Positions 15,699-26,839 of a DNA stretch of 52,593 nt are shown in pieces (positions within the stretch are counted from its first letter, which is position 1; each line of letters begins with the position of its first letter). The DNA lies in NCBI GenBank assembly GCA_035288145.1, contig DATEAX010000028.1, forward strand, positions 1 to 52,593. Reading direction: 5' to 3'. A program made the translations under genes and the position numbers. The notes beneath the pieces are model-generated. The model saw only the letters and a program-made list of their open reading frames with translations. It did not search any database and was not told where the DNA came from. This stretch comes from Patescibacteria group bacterium. GTDB lineage: Bacteria; Patescibacteriota; UBA1384; UBA12157; JAENIV01.

Positions 15699-18302
15699 TT
15701 ATCTTCCATGACATTTTTTATACTTCTTTCCGCTACCGCAAGGGCAGGGGTCGTTGCGGCCGACCTTGGGGACTGATGACGATGGCGTCGACGATGGGTC
15801 GGTCTGTGTCGCCGGTGTAGGAGAAACATCCAAGGGCGATTTCGTTCGCACCGTCACTTCGACGCCGCTATTCGGTACTGATTGCGCCGGCGTCTGCTCA
15901 ATCGCCGGCACCGAACCTTTTTCACCCCACCCCAGGGGTGGGGTCTGGTTATCCTCAAATGTCCCGGCGGCCATTGATTCGTCCGCGCCCTTCATTTGGA
16001 TTTGTCTTAAAGGTTGGGCCGCTATTTGGACCGGCGCCGGCCTAATCTCCGCTTTGAGCAGAATCTCCACCACTTGGGCATTGATATTGCCAATCAACCT
16101 TTGATATAGGCGGTACGCCTCGGCTTTATATTCCACCAGCGGATCGCGCTGACCGTAACCGCGAAGACCGATTCCCTCGCGCAAAACCTCCATCGCGTTT
16201 AAATGCTCGACCCACAAAGTATCAATTGACCTTAAGTAAACCATTCTTTCAATTTGGTTCATCGAATCCTGACCTATCTCTTGATACTTCAAAAGATATT
16301 GTCCTTTAGCCCCTTCTTCCATCAAATTCAAAATATCTTCATGAACTGATTTCCCCTCCAGAATCTTACGCCGCAGTAAATATATTGCCTGGCGGTGTTT
16401 GTTTTGGACATCATCGTATTCAACAAGATGTTTTCGAATATCAAAATTATGACCCTCAACTTTTTTTTGAGCCGACTCAATCGAACGAGAAATTAACGAA
16501 TGCTCGATGGGCATGTCATCGGGCAAATTGAGGCGGTTCATCAGATTTTTCATTCTTTCGCCGCCAAAAATCCGCATTAAATCATCTTCCATAGAAACAT
16601 AAAACACCGACGAGCCAGGATCGCCTTGACGGCCCGAACGCCCACGAAGCTGATTGTCAATCCGCCGGGCCTCATGTCTTTCCGTACCCAAGACATGAAG
16701 GCCCCCGGCATGGACGACTTTTTGATATTCCTTCTCATTAAACGGCGCGCCGCCTAAGATGATATCCACCCCCCGGCCAGCCATATTGGTCGCCACCGTT
16801 ACCGCTCCTGGTCGGCCAGCTTGGGCGATGATTTTTGCCTCACGTTCGTGGTGTTTGGCATTGAGAACCTCATGTTTGACACCCATTCTTTTCAAAATGC
16901 GCGAAAGCTTTTCGCTTTTTTCAATCGAAATCGTGCCGACCAAAATTGGTTGACCTTTCTCCGACCGTTTTTTGATATCTAATGCGACGGCCGTCAATTT
17001 AGATTCCTCGCTCTTATAAATCTGGTCTTGAAGATTCTCACGAATCATTTTTTTATTTGTCGGAATAACCACCACTTCAAGTTTATAAATTTTGAAAAAT
17101 TCCTCCGCTTCGGTCTCCGCCGTTCCCGTCATCCCGGCCAGTTTCCTATAAAGACGAAATAAATTCTGAAAAGAAATCGTCGCCAAAGTATCGGATTCCC
17201 GCTGAACTTCCACCCCCTCTTTGGCTTCAATTGCCTGATGGAGACCTTCGCTATAGCGCCGGCCCGGCATCAGCCGCCCCGTAAACTCGTCAACAATGAT
17301 GACTTCGCCATTTTTGACAACATAATCCCGGTCTTTTTTGTAAAGAGCATGAGCAATTAAGGCCTCTTCCAAGTGGTGGACAAGCTGGATATACCGGCTG
17401 TCATAAACATTTTCCAAACCCAATATTTTCTCAACTTTTTTCATCCCCTCGTCAGACAAAGTCACGGCGCGCATCTTTTCATCAACCTGGTAATCTTCAG
17501 CGGCTTTGAGTCGGGGAACGAGCTCCGCAAACTGACGATATAAAGCGGCAGACTCTTCGGCGGGCGCGGAAATAATCAGCGGCGTGCGCGCCTCGTCAAT
17601 CAAAATTGAATCAACCTCATCAACGATGGCAAAGTTTAAATCCCGTTGAACCATCTGCTCACGGCTCTGAACCATATTGTCTCGAAGATAGTCAAAACCA
17701 AATTCATTATTTGTGCCGTAAGTGATATCCGCCGCATAAGCGTCTCTGCGGGAAATTGGCAAGAGATTGGCATATTCGATCGTCGTTGGTTCAACGTCCT
17801 GTTTTTGAGGCGTAAATAGAAACGAGGCTTCGTGATTGATGGCGGCAACTTTCAGCTCCAACTTATCAAAAATTGGCCCCATCCAGGCGCAGTCCCGACG
17901 GGCCAGATAATCATTGACCGTGATTAGATGCGCCCCTTTGCCTTCTAAGGCATTCAAGTATAAAGCTAAAGTCGCAACTAAAGTTTTTCCTTCGCCGGTC
18001 TTCATTTCGGCGATTTTTCCTTGATGAAGGATGATGCCACCCATTAACTGAACATCAAAATGCCTTTGACCGATGGTTCGTTTGGCCGCCTCGCGCACCA
18101 CGGCAAACGCTTCGGGAAGGATGTCGTCCAAAGATTCATTTTGCGCCAGACGCTTTTTGAATTCACCTGTCTTCCCCTGAAGTTCAGCATCTGTCAAATG
18201 CTCAAAATTCTTTTCCACACCATTGATTTTTTCAACCATCGGTCTAAGGCGGGCCACCTCGGCCTCATTAGACCCGAACATTTTACTTAAAAAAGCGAGC
18301 AT
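15699..18302 (-). CDS. secA: preprotein translocase ATPase SecA
   Basis: [12 protein letters not shown]-terminus, [42 protein letters not shown]-terminal zinc motif [14 protein letters not shown]. Confidence 0.95.
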   Translation of the reverse strand: MLAFLSKMFGSNEAEVARLRPMVEKINGVEKNFEHLTDAELQGKTGEFKKRLAQNESLDDILPEAFAVVREAAKRTIGQRHFDVQLMGGIILHQGKIAEMKTGEGKTLVATLALYLNALEGKGAHLITVNDYLARRDCAWMGPIFDKLELKVAAINHEASFLFTPQKQDVEPTTIEYANLLPISRRDAYAADITYGTNNEFGFDYLRDNMVQSREQMVQRDLNFAIVDEVDSILIDEARTPLIISAPAEESAALYRQFAELVPRLKAAEDYQVDEKMRAVTLSDEGMKKVEKILGLENVYDSRYIQLVHHLEEALIAHALYKKDRDYVVKNGEVIIVDEFTGRLMPGRRYSEGLHQAIEAKEGVEVQRESDTLATISFQNLFRLYRKLAGMTGTAETEAEEFFKIYKLEVVVIPTNKKMIRENLQDQIYKSEESKLTAVALDIKKRSEKGQPILVGTISIEKSEKLSRILKRMGVKHEVLNAKHHEREAKIIAQAGRPGAVTVATNMAGRGVDIILGGAPFNEKEYQKVVHAGGLHVLGTERHEARRIDNQLRGRSGRQGDPGSSVFYVSMEDDLMRIFGGERMKNLMNRLNLPDDMPIEHSLISRSIESAQKKVEGHNFDIRKHLVEYDDVQNKHRQAIYLLRRKILEGKSVHEDILNLMEEGAKGQYLLKYQEIGQDSMNQIERMVYLRSIDTLWVEHLNAMEVLREGIGLRGYGQRDPLVEYKAEAYRLYQRLIGNINAQVVEILLKAEIRPAPVQIAAQPLRQIQMKGADESMAAGTFEDNQTPPLGWGEKGSVPAIEQTPAQSVPNSGVEVTVRTKSPLDVSPTPATQTDPSSTPSSSVPKVGRNDPCPCGSGKKYKKCHGR

Positions 18303-18347
18303 TTTCTGCCTTTCAGAGAACATTATAGCAAAACTTGAAAGATTTGG

Positions 18348-18758
18348 CTACTCGGATTTCTTTCTTTTTATCTTCCTGATTAACCACCGTGGCCCATAAG
18401 TCCCGGCCTCATACATCTTTGCCAAGTAATATTTCGCCGGATAGCGCGAGCCCATTTTAACCCTTTCTTTATATTTAAGGATATGTTGTTCCAAACGCTC
18501 CTGGGCTAAATCAACCGAGCCAAAAAAATCCGAGGTCCGCTCGCAGACAAAAATCGGATTTTTACAACCCGGCAAAGTCATCGTTATCCGGACAACCTTA
18601 TCCACCCCGCCCTTGGGACCGCGGGTGTCCGATAAGACAACTTCAGAGGTTGCCGGTTCTTTGACCATAGGTTCGTATTTGCGAATTTTTTCTTCAATAT
18701 AAGAACGAAGCCCCGGATCAATTTTTAATCGCTTATGTCCTTTAATGATAATCTTCAC
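18348..18758 (-). CDS. hpf: ribosome hibernation/RaiA-HPF family protein
   Basis: MKIIIKGHK..L.IDPGLRSYIEEKI..DLAQERLEQHILKYKER pattern of S30AE/HPF. Confidence 0.7.
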   Translation of the reverse strand: MKIIIKGHKRLKIDPGLRSYIEEKIRKYEPMVKEPATSEVVLSDTRGPKGGVDKVVRITMTLPGCKNPIFVCERTSDFFGSVDLAQERLEQHILKYKERVKMGSRYPAKYYLAKMYEAGTYGPRWLIRKIKRKKSE

Positions 18759-19990
18759 GATTTCTTTATCTCTTTAAATCCCAGATATTTATGCAAAACT
18801 TTGGGGATTTTGATCGAGCCGTTTTTTTGTTGATTGTTTTCCATTAACGCCACCATTGTTCGGCCAATGGCTAAGGCGGTGTCGTTTAGAGTATGGACAA
18901 ATTCCTTTTCTCCCTCCTCCGTTTGAAATTTAATATTTAGCCGGCGCGCCTGAAAATCGGTGTCGTGCGAACAAGAAGTCAGTTCCCTATATTCATTTTG
19001 CGACGGAATCCAAACTTCGGTATCAATTTTTTTTGCATTGGGAGCGCCCAGCTCTCCCCCGGAAATGTTGACCAGACGATAGGGGAGACCCAAATCTTCG
19101 AAAATTTCTTCATTTATTTCGACCAGTTCAGTAAAAATCTTCCAGGAATCTTGGGGGTTCGTAAAAACAAACATTTCCATTTTGTCAAATTGGTGAGCGC
19201 GAATAATCCCCCGCGTATCTTGGCCGTAAGAACCAGCCTCCCTTCGAAAACAGGTTGAAAAGCCCCAATATTTTTTGGGGAGTTCTTCTTCCCTGAAAGT
19301 TTCGTCGCTGTGATAGGCGGCTAAAGGCACTTCGGCCGTGCCGACAAGATAAAGATTATCCTCATTTGGATTTACTCGATAAATCTCATTTTTCTCCGCC
19401 GGAAAAAAGCCACTGCCAAACATGGCTTTTTCTTGCACCAGGGCTGGCGGAATGAGGCCGATAAATCCCTCTTTGGTCAATTTTTCGATTAAATAATTTA
19501 TTAAAGCAAATTCCAGCAAAACCGCTTCTTTTTTTAGAAAATAAAATCGGCTGCCGGAGATTTTGGTCGCCCGTTCAATATCAATAATATCCAGTTCTTT
19601 GCCCAAGCTGACATGGTCTTTGACGGGAAAACCAAACTTAGGCGGCCGGCCGGATTCTTTTTCAATTTTATTGCCTTCCTCTTTGGAAGGGACTGATTGG
19701 TGAGGAAGGTTATGAAGTTGAGACGCTGCTTCGAAATAGGCCTCCTCGTTCTCGCGAAGTTGTGGTTCGAGATCCCGAAGCATTTTTTTGATTTCGAAGG
19801 CGCGTTCGTTTTTCTCCTTTTTCTTTGCCAGTACATTTTGCTCGGCCCGAAGCATCTCGACTCTCTTTAATAAATCTTTTCTCTCATTATCAAGTTTAAT
19901 AACCTTATCCAGATTAAACTCCGTATGCTTTTTTTTAAGCGCTTTTTTTACGGCCGCTAAATTTTGACGAATATAGTTTATGTCGAGCAT
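18755..19990 (-). CDS. serS: seryl-tRNA synthetase
   Basis: N-terminal coiled-coil arm, FRREAGS, TAEVPL, ELTSCSHDTDFQARRL, HTLNDTALAIGRTMVALMEN. Confidence 0.93.
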   Translation of the reverse strand: MLDINYIRQNLAAVKKALKKKHTEFNLDKVIKLDNERKDLLKRVEMLRAEQNVLAKKKEKNERAFEIKKMLRDLEPQLRENEEAYFEAASQLHNLPHQSVPSKEEGNKIEKESGRPPKFGFPVKDHVSLGKELDIIDIERATKISGSRFYFLKKEAVLLEFALINYLIEKLTKEGFIGLIPPALVQEKAMFGSGFFPAEKNEIYRVNPNEDNLYLVGTAEVPLAAYHSDETFREEELPKKYWGFSTCFRREAGSYGQDTRGIIRAHQFDKMEMFVFTNPQDSWKIFTELVEINEEIFEDLGLPYRLVNISGGELGAPNAKKIDTEVWIPSQNEYRELTSCSHDTDFQARRLNIKFQTEEGEKEFVHTLNDTALAIGRTMVALMENNQQKNGSIKIPKVLHKYLGFKEIKKS

Positions 19991-20007
19991 TCTCTTTACC
20001 AGAATTA

Positions 20008-21552
20008 TTATATCCCTTTTAATCTCTCTAAAACAAGTTTTTTATCCAAACTGGCCAACAGCCAGCCGGCTTGAGGACCGGAATCCTTGCCCAAAAAAAT
20101 AAGGTAAATCGCCGCAAAGGCCTGGCGCGGAACGATCCCCATTTCTTGACGAAGTCGGTGGATTTCCCGATGCAACTCTTCGCCATTTAAATCTTTGGTC
20201 GCGACAATCTCGGCAATTTTTCGCAAAAAATCTTTTTGCTCTTTTGATAAATCTTTGGCTGCTTCTGGCAATTGCTCCTGGACAGCAAATTGATAATCTT
20301 CAGGAGCAAATTTTTTAAGCCACTCCTTGGCAATTCTTAGACGGTTTTCGATTTCCTTTCGTTCGATTTCTGAAAGCGGCCTTCCCTTTTCTTTTTGGGC
20401 ATAATCGAAAATATCACACCGCGGCATTTGTAAAAGATTGGCGACTTTAGAAAATCTAAGCCGGTGTTGCGGCTGGGGCTTTGCGACATCGATTTGGGTG
20501 TAATAAAACGCCCTCGCCAGATCTGATTTCGGGGCGGCCGCCGCCGCCCGATCGTACTCATCATAGAGAAGAGGAATCGTCTCGCCCTCGGGCTGAAACT
20601 CAATGGTTCTTTTATAGCGGGTGCGGATAAATAAAAATCTTAATAAATTTTCCGGTAAAAATTCCGCCATATCTTTAGCTGTCACGCCCAAACCTTTTGA
20701 TGAAGACATTTTTGCGCCGCCAACCAAAATATGTTCGTAGCGGATATCATAAGGCGGATTAATTTTGAGAATGCTCCGGGCAATTCTATCGGCAATATCG
20801 CGCGAACCGCCGGCGGCAAAATGGTCTTTGCCTTCACCTTCAATATCGGATCCGAAAACCTGCCACTGGACCGGCCATTCAACTTTCCACGGCAGTTTGG
20901 CCTTGCCGCCAAAGGGCGAAACCGAATCTTGAGCCCCACAACCCTTGGCCCAACTGACTAAGTTTTCTTGACACTGGAATCTTACCTCTCGGCCATTCCA
21001 GTCCGTCACCCTCGTGGTGCCGATTTTGCCGCAGCGAGGACAGACGACCTGGAGGGGAAACCAGTCCGGTCCTTTGTCCGAGCCGGAAACTTCTTTATAA
21101 ATGGTCCGAATCTCCTGGGCGCGGTCAAGCATTATTTTAATGGCATTGTCAAATTTCCCTTCTCGGTAAAGCTCGGAAGTCCGGGCAATCTTTGGTCTTA
21201 TCCCCAAATTATTAAAGACCGCTTCAAATTCTGATGCATATTGTTCGGCAAAGCTTTTGTGTTTGCCGTCGGGCGCGGGAATCTCGGATAAGGGTTTACC
21301 CATATGTTTAAGCCAGCTTTTCTCCAAATAAACCGGCAGGCCGTCCAAGGGATCAAAATCGTCAAAAATATAAATAAATTCCGCCGATTTGCCCGCTTCG
21401 ATGAGACCTCGCCGGACCAAATCGTGGATGATGACTCCTCGCAAAGAACCGATGTGAGCATGTCCGGAGGGCGTCAGGGCATCGGTGATAATAAAAGAGT
21501 TCTTCGATGATTTTTTTAAAATATCCTCAACGATCTCATCTGCCCAAAACAT
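20008..21552 (-). CDS. lysK: class I lysyl-tRNA synthetase
   Basis: SGHAHIGSLRG (HIGH variant) and GGAKMSSSKG (KMSKS variant); likely start MFWADEIVE at 21552 (track ORF to 21609). Confidence 0.85.
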   Translation of the reverse strand: MFWADEIVEDILKKSSKNSFIITDALTPSGHAHIGSLRGVIIHDLVRRGLIEAGKSAEFIYIFDDFDPLDGLPVYLEKSWLKHMGKPLSEIPAPDGKHKSFAEQYASEFEAVFNNLGIRPKIARTSELYREGKFDNAIKIMLDRAQEIRTIYKEVSGSDKGPDWFPLQVVCPRCGKIGTTRVTDWNGREVRFQCQENLVSWAKGCGAQDSVSPFGGKAKLPWKVEWPVQWQVFGSDIEGEGKDHFAAGGSRDIADRIARSILKINPPYDIRYEHILVGGAKMSSSKGLGVTAKDMAEFLPENLLRFLFIRTRYKRTIEFQPEGETIPLLYDEYDRAAAAAPKSDLARAFYYTQIDVAKPQPQHRLRFSKVANLLQMPRCDIFDYAQKEKGRPLSEIERKEIENRLRIAKEWLKKFAPEDYQFAVQEQLPEAAKDLSKEQKDFLRKIAEIVATKDLNGEELHREIHRLRQEMGIVPRQAFAAIYLIFLGKDSGPQAGWLLASLDKKLVLERLKGI

Positions 21553-21735
21553 GACGCTCCTTGCAGTCGCGAAATCGAAATGTCTGCCTCGCCGAGTCAA
21601 GACGGGCAAAAATTAAAATTCAAAACTATCATTATGATATCGCTTCGCGATTTATATCAATTATTCAATAACATTTTACTAAAAAAGAGAATCTTATTCA
21701 ATTAAATCTCTTTTTGAGTCTTAAAAAAATATAAA

Positions 21736-22257
21736 TTATTTAATTTCAATAATTTGACAGAACATTTTGCCAATGGGCGTGACAATCTCCGCTCTTTCCC
21801 CCCTCCCTTTGCCCATCAAAGAATGGCCGATGGGCGAATCAATCGAGATCTTTCCAGAAGAAGGATCGGATTCGGAAACGCCGACAATCGTGTAAGAAAG
21901 GGTATGACCATTCATTTCCAAAGTCACGATTGAACCAAGCTCAACTTTGTCTGTATTATTTTTAGCCATAACTTTGGCTCGCCGAAGCATTTCTTCCAGT
22001 TCCAGAATTCTTCCCTCTACAAAAGACTGCTCGTTTTTGGCATCTTCATATTCGCTGTTTTCGCTTAAATCGCCAAATTCGCGGGCAGTTTTGATTCTTT
22101 CGGCCACTTGAGAACGACGAGTTTTAAGAGCCCGAAGCTCCTCTTGAATTTTTTCAAAACCTTTGCTCGTAAGTAAAATTTGGTCTTCCACAACACCTCT
22201 TTTTAAAAAATCCCTTCTTTTCTTATATATTTTAGAATAGTCCATTGAGAATGTCAA
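21736..22257 (-). CDS. greA: transcription elongation factor GreA
   Basis: GDLSENSEYEDAK, coiled-coil N-domain, C-terminal FKBP-like domain. Confidence 0.9.
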   Translation of the reverse strand: MTFSMDYSKIYKKRRDFLKRGVVEDQILLTSKGFEKIQEELRALKTRRSQVAERIKTAREFGDLSENSEYEDAKNEQSFVEGRILELEEMLRRAKVMAKNNTDKVELGSIVTLEMNGHTLSYTIVGVSESDPSSGKISIDSPIGHSLMGKGRGERAEIVTPIGKMFCQIIEIK

Positions 22258-22484
22258 TATATCGAATTAGATAACGAAAAATGCTACTTAAGCGAACTTC
22301 GTTAGCTCATTAAAAATGTTACTGAAATATGTGAAGGATATAAGCCGAGGCAAAACACGGCGTGGTTCTATTAGCCAATATTAAAACCTACATTCTATTT
22401 TACCCTGTGGATAACTTTTTTCAAAGATTAAGATTCGAGTTCCTTAGAAACTACCCGGCGGACGCCGATGTTCGGAGGGCGAGC

Positions 22485-24386
22485 CTACTGTTGACTAAAA
22501 TACCAACTGAAAACTTCCTGGACAACTGGTCCGGCCGTGGCATGCCCCTCGCCCCCATCTTCAATTAAAGTGGCAACGACAATTTCCGGATTAGCGTAGG
22601 GGGCGAAAGCAATCATCCAGGCATGGGTTTTGCCTTCCGAGCCAAACTGGGCGGTGCCGGTTTTTGCCGCCGCCTGAACTGGAAGATCCCCCAGACGCTT
22701 CGCCGAGCCCGAGGTTACTGCCTGACGCATACCCTCGCGAATGACTTGGAGGTTTGCCCCATCGATAATACCTGACCTTTTGACTTCCTTTTTAAATTCC
22801 CAAATCAACTTGCCGTCTTTGTCGGTGATTTTAGAAACGATTTGTGGTTTTAAAACTTCTCCCCCGTTGGCAATGGCGGCAGCAGCCGTTGCCATTTGAA
22901 TCGGCGTCACCAAAAAATCTCCCTGACCAATTCCCAAATGATAAGTATCGCCAAGATACCAAATTTCTTTTTTGGTCTTTTCTTTCCACTCGGGATCCGG
23001 CACCAGACCCTTAGCTTCCGCCGGCAGGTCAATCCCGGTTCTTTCTTCAAAGCCAAATTTTAACAAGTAATCCTTTAATTTCACTATTCCCAAACCCCGA
23101 ATTTTATCCCAGCCGCCGGCGACAGCATAGAAAAATATATTAACACTTTCGGCAATTGCCTTGCGTACATCCGTCAGTCCGTGAACCTTCCAGTCCGGAT
23201 AAGTATAATTGCCAACTTTGATTTCTCCAGGAGCATTAATGGTGGTATTTTCGGTGATGACGCCTTCCTGGAGACCGGCGGCGGCAATCACCGGTTTAAT
23301 CGTCGAGCCAGAGGGATAGGTCCCGGAAACCGCCCGATTAAAAAGGGGTTTTCCGGGGTCATTTAAAAGTTTTTGAAATTCCTCATCAAGGTCTTCGGAG
23401 GAAAAAAGATTGTTATCGAACGTCGGGACGCTTGCCAGCCCCAAGACCTGGCCGGTTTGAGGATGTAAGGCAACCATTGCCCCGCCGGGAGAATCCGCTT
23501 CCTCAACCGCCAACTGCAAAGCATTGGTCATTTTATCTTCCAAGCCGGCATTTAGGCTTAAAAATAAATTATTGCCCGGTTGGGGCAGAGTTTTAGAAAG
23601 CTCCCGCTGCTGGCGGCCGTGCGAATCTACCTCGACTTCCAAAATCCCCGGCGTACCCTTAAGATATTTTTCGTAAACTGCTTCCAGACCTTCCCGGCCG
23701 AGAATATATGAGAGTTTATAATTCGGATAATTCTTTAAATCTCGATCGGTCATTTTGCTGGTATAGCCGACAACCGGCCCCAGACCAAAAACCGAGGTAT
23801 ATTCACGGATTGGTTTTTTTTGAATCACCACCCCGGGAAGGTTGATGGTTTTATACTCTAAAATCATTGCGGTCTCGCGGTCAAGATTCTCTTTTAAGAC
23901 GATCGGGTCATAAGAAGAAAGGGCCCTGCTCTTGACTTTAACCCTGATTTCCTCTCTGGGAATTTGGCTCGTACGGCTTAATTTCTCAAAGATTTCCTCT
24001 CTTTCTTCGGTCTTTTTGGGAAAATCCAAGGGGTAAATTTCCAAATTGTAAGCGGCTTTGTTTTTGGCTAAAATTGTCCCTTTGGCGTCATAAATCATCC
24101 CCCGGGGAGGTTCAATTTCTCGGGCCCGGATGCGATTGCCTTCAGCCAAAAGGCGATTGAAGCTTCCTTGGCTGATTTGAAGGCGCAAAAGTTGGAAAAT
24201 GAGCGCCCCGAAAACCAACAAACAACCAAGGTATGGCAACCACAAGGACTTCTTTTTTTCTTTAAAAATCTCACCGCCGGTAGCTTCCTGATTAAATTCC
24301 TCATACTCCAAAACCGGCTGGCGCAAACTTCGAGACATCCGATCGCCGGGAAGAAATTGATCATCGTAAAAATCAAAAATCGACAT
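22485..24386 (-). CDS. mrdA: penicillin-binding protein 2 (elongasome transpeptidase)
   Basis: SGSTIKP (SxxK), ESVN (SxN), KTGTA; follows mreBCD. Confidence 0.92.
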   Translation of the reverse strand: MSIFDFYDDQFLPGDRMSRSLRQPVLEYEEFNQEATGGEIFKEKKKSLWLPYLGCLLVFGALIFQLLRLQISQGSFNRLLAEGNRIRAREIEPPRGMIYDAKGTILAKNKAAYNLEIYPLDFPKKTEEREEIFEKLSRTSQIPREEIRVKVKSRALSSYDPIVLKENLDRETAMILEYKTINLPGVVIQKKPIREYTSVFGLGPVVGYTSKMTDRDLKNYPNYKLSYILGREGLEAVYEKYLKGTPGILEVEVDSHGRQQRELSKTLPQPGNNLFLSLNAGLEDKMTNALQLAVEEADSPGGAMVALHPQTGQVLGLASVPTFDNNLFSSEDLDEEFQKLLNDPGKPLFNRAVSGTYPSGSTIKPVIAAAGLQEGVITENTTINAPGEIKVGNYTYPDWKVHGLTDVRKAIAESVNIFFYAVAGGWDKIRGLGIVKLKDYLLKFGFEERTGIDLPAEAKGLVPDPEWKEKTKKEIWYLGDTYHLGIGQGDFLVTPIQMATAAAAIANGGEVLKPQIVSKITDKDGKLIWEFKKEVKRSGIIDGANLQVIREGMRQAVTSGSAKRLGDLPVQAAAKTGTAQFGSEGKTHAWMIAFAPYANPEIVVATLIEDGGEGHATAGPVVQEVFSWYFSQQ

Positions 24387-24387
24387 C

Positions 24388-24864
24388 TTATACCAACCTA
24401 ATCTCTTCTTGGGGTTTTAAAAAACGACCGGTCAAAAAATAAACAATTATTCCCCAGAAACCATTGATTAAGGCATCATAAATTATCTGCGGACCGGGCG
24501 GGATGCGGGCGTAAAGGAAAATTATTAAGTTGAGAAACAAAAAAATCATTACCAGAAAAAAATAAATCCAGCCGATATTCGGCGGAGGAACGGCCTTTAA
24601 AATGACAAAATTTAATAAAAGTAAAACCGCCAAGAGAAGTAAAGTGTAAATACCAAAACGGAGAGGGGAGGCCAGGTCCAAAAACAAACCCCCCAAAGAA
24701 GCCACGAGAAGGGCATCTTGAAAAAAACCTCGTAAAAGAAGAACAAGACTGACCAGATATATTAAATTCGGGATGACGGAAAAAAACGACCATTTCGAAA
24801 AAAAACTTAATTGCAAAATCACCAATAACAAGATGGCTAAAATTTTAATCATATTTGTTTTCAT
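24388..24864 (-). CDS. mreD: rod shape-determining protein MreD
   Basis: polytopic 158 aa membrane protein between mreC and mrdA. Confidence 0.75.
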   Translation of the reverse strand: MKTNMIKILAILLLVILQLSFFSKWSFFSVIPNLIYLVSLVLLLRGFFQDALLVASLGGLFLDLASPLRFGIYTLLLLAVLLLLNFVILKAVPPPNIGWIYFFLVMIFLFLNLIIFLYARIPPGPQIIYDALINGFWGIIVYFLTGRFLKPQEEIRLV

Positions 24865-25694
24865 TGGACAACAAAAACAAACTCCAAAAAATAAATTTGG
24901 ATGGGGGATTTTATCGTCACTTTTTGAAAAATCTCGCCCTCGCGGGAGATGACCTCGTTGACGTTGCCAACAATAATCCCCATGGGAATATCCCCGCCCA
25001 AACCGGAAGTGACCACCTGCTCTCCCTTTTGGATTGAGATGTTCAGGGGGATTTCTTCAACCGCAAGCCCCCCCAGTCCGCCGCGCAAAAGTCCGGTGCC
25101 CCGGGATTCCTGCAAGACCACCGGCACCAGCGAGTTACTGTCAGTAATAAGAATGACTTCGGCAGATTTTTCCCAAATGTCGCGGATTGTGCCCACGAGA
25201 AAACCCTGCGAGATTACCGCCTGGTTGGTTTTTAAACCGTCGGCGCTGCCGCGGTCAATGACAATGGTTTTTAGATAACCGGTGATTGACCGGCCAATGA
25301 TATTGGCGGGCAATAATTTCAGTTCGCCTTTAGTATTAAAAAAACCCATTTCCTTTTTTAAGATTTCATTTTCATGTTGGGTTTCATTTAAAATCGCCAA
25401 CTGACTTTGAAGGGCCAGATTTTCTTGAATGAGACGTTGATTTTCCCGTGTCTTCTCGCCCAAACTCAATAAGTTTCGAAAAAAAATTGATACCCTGTCA
25501 ACGGTAAAGTTCGAGACAATCGTCAGGGGCTTAGTCGCCTGGAAAAGAAGATTACGGCCTCCATCAAGGATGCCCGTCGGTGCCAAAACGAAACCAAAAA
25601 TCAAGATTAAAAAAATTACCAATAGAAATCGGAAATTAAATTTGCTAAAAAAAGAAAAGTTAATCTTGGAAACTTTAGGAACGATTCTTTTCAA
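24861..25694 (-). CDS. mreC: rod shape-determining protein MreC
   Basis: N-terminal TM, coiled coil ENQRLIQENLALQSQL, beta-barrel domains with GFLVG / GIIVG motifs. Confidence 0.85.
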   Translation of the reverse strand: MKRIVPKVSKINFSFFSKFNFRFLLVIFLILIFGFVLAPTGILDGGRNLLFQATKPLTIVSNFTVDRVSIFFRNLLSLGEKTRENQRLIQENLALQSQLAILNETQHENEILKKEMGFFNTKGELKLLPANIIGRSITGYLKTIVIDRGSADGLKTNQAVISQGFLVGTIRDIWEKSAEVILITDSNSLVPVVLQESRGTGLLRGGLGGLAVEEIPLNISIQKGEQVVTSGLGGDIPMGIIVGNVNEVISREGEIFQKVTIKSPIQIYFLEFVFVVQ

Positions 25695-25709
25695 TTACGC
25701 TCCTTACTT

Positions 25710-26759
25710 TTAAGGATTAAACTGGGTGGGTATTAAGACCTCTTTGAGATTTTCCAAATCTTCCAGAACCAAACCGGTGCCCCGAACGACCGAGGTGAGA
25801 GGATCGTCAGCCACATGAACGGTCGTTTGGGTAGATTGCTTGACGATGGTATCCAAACCCCGAAGCAGAGCCCCGCCGCCGCAAAGAACAATCCCTTTTG
25901 CCATAATATCCGCCACCAGTTCCGGAGGGGTTTCCTCCATCGTTGCCCTGATAGCATCGACTATCTGCAAAACCGAACGGCGCAAGGTCGCCTGAATTTG
26001 TTCGGCATTAACCATAATTTCTTTGGGTAGCCCTGTGACCAAATCGCGACCGCGCATCGGGAGATGAGCGTTTTCTTTGGGAGTGACGGCCGAGCCGATG
26101 GCAATTTTAATTTCTTCCGCGGTTCTTTCGCCCAAAAGGAGATTGAGTTTATCCCGGGCAAAACTGATAATATCCTGATTCATTTCGTCGCCGGCGATTC
26201 GGAGAGAACGTGAAGCAACAATGCCTCCCAGCGAAATCACCGCCACTTCGGTGGTGCCGCCGCCGATATCAACAATCATATTGCCGTTGGCCTCTTGAAT
26301 GGGGAGCCGGGCGCCGATGGCGGCAGCGACCGGTTCTTCTATCAAAAAAACTTGGCGAGCGCCGGCGTTTAGAGCCGCCTCTTCGACTGCCCGGCGTTCA
26401 ACCTCGGTCACGCCGTAGGGAATACCGATGACCACCCGTGGTCTGGGAAATAGAGAAAATTTCTCCCGATGGACTTTATCAATAAAATACTTCAGCATCT
26501 GTTCGGTAACTTCGAAATCGGAGACCACCCCGTCAACCAAGGGACGGATGGCGACAATGTGCGAGGGGGTCCGGCCGACCATTTTCCGGGCCTCGTTACC
26601 GATAGCTAAAATCTGTTTTGATTTCTGGTTGATGGCGACCACCGAGGGTTCGTTAATGACAATGCCCTTATCCCGAACATAAACCAAAGTATTGGCCGTG
26701 CCCAAATCTATACCGATATCGTGGGAGAAATAACCCCACAAATGATCAAGAATAATCAT
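25710..26759 (-). CDS. mreB: actin-like rod shape protein MreB
   Basis: IGIDLGTANT, NEPSVVA, LIEEPVAAAIG, DIGGGTTEVAVISLGG. Confidence 0.95.
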   Translation of the reverse strand: MIILDHLWGYFSHDIGIDLGTANTLVYVRDKGIVINEPSVVAINQKSKQILAIGNEARKMVGRTPSHIVAIRPLVDGVVSDFEVTEQMLKYFIDKVHREKFSLFPRPRVVIGIPYGVTEVERRAVEEAALNAGARQVFLIEEPVAAAIGARLPIQEANGNMIVDIGGGTTEVAVISLGGIVASRSLRIAGDEMNQDIISFARDKLNLLLGERTAEEIKIAIGSAVTPKENAHLPMRGRDLVTGLPKEIMVNAEQIQATLRRSVLQIVDAIRATMEETPPELVADIMAKGIVLCGGGALLRGLDTIVKQSTQTTVHVADDPLTSVVRGTGLVLEDLENLKEVLIPTQFNP

Positions 26760-26839
26760 TCTGAATCCTTACTTTGCTACTGCAAAGTTGAGTTTAACAA
26801 AAAAGAAGGCCAAGTAAAAGTCCTGCCCTGCCGGTACAG

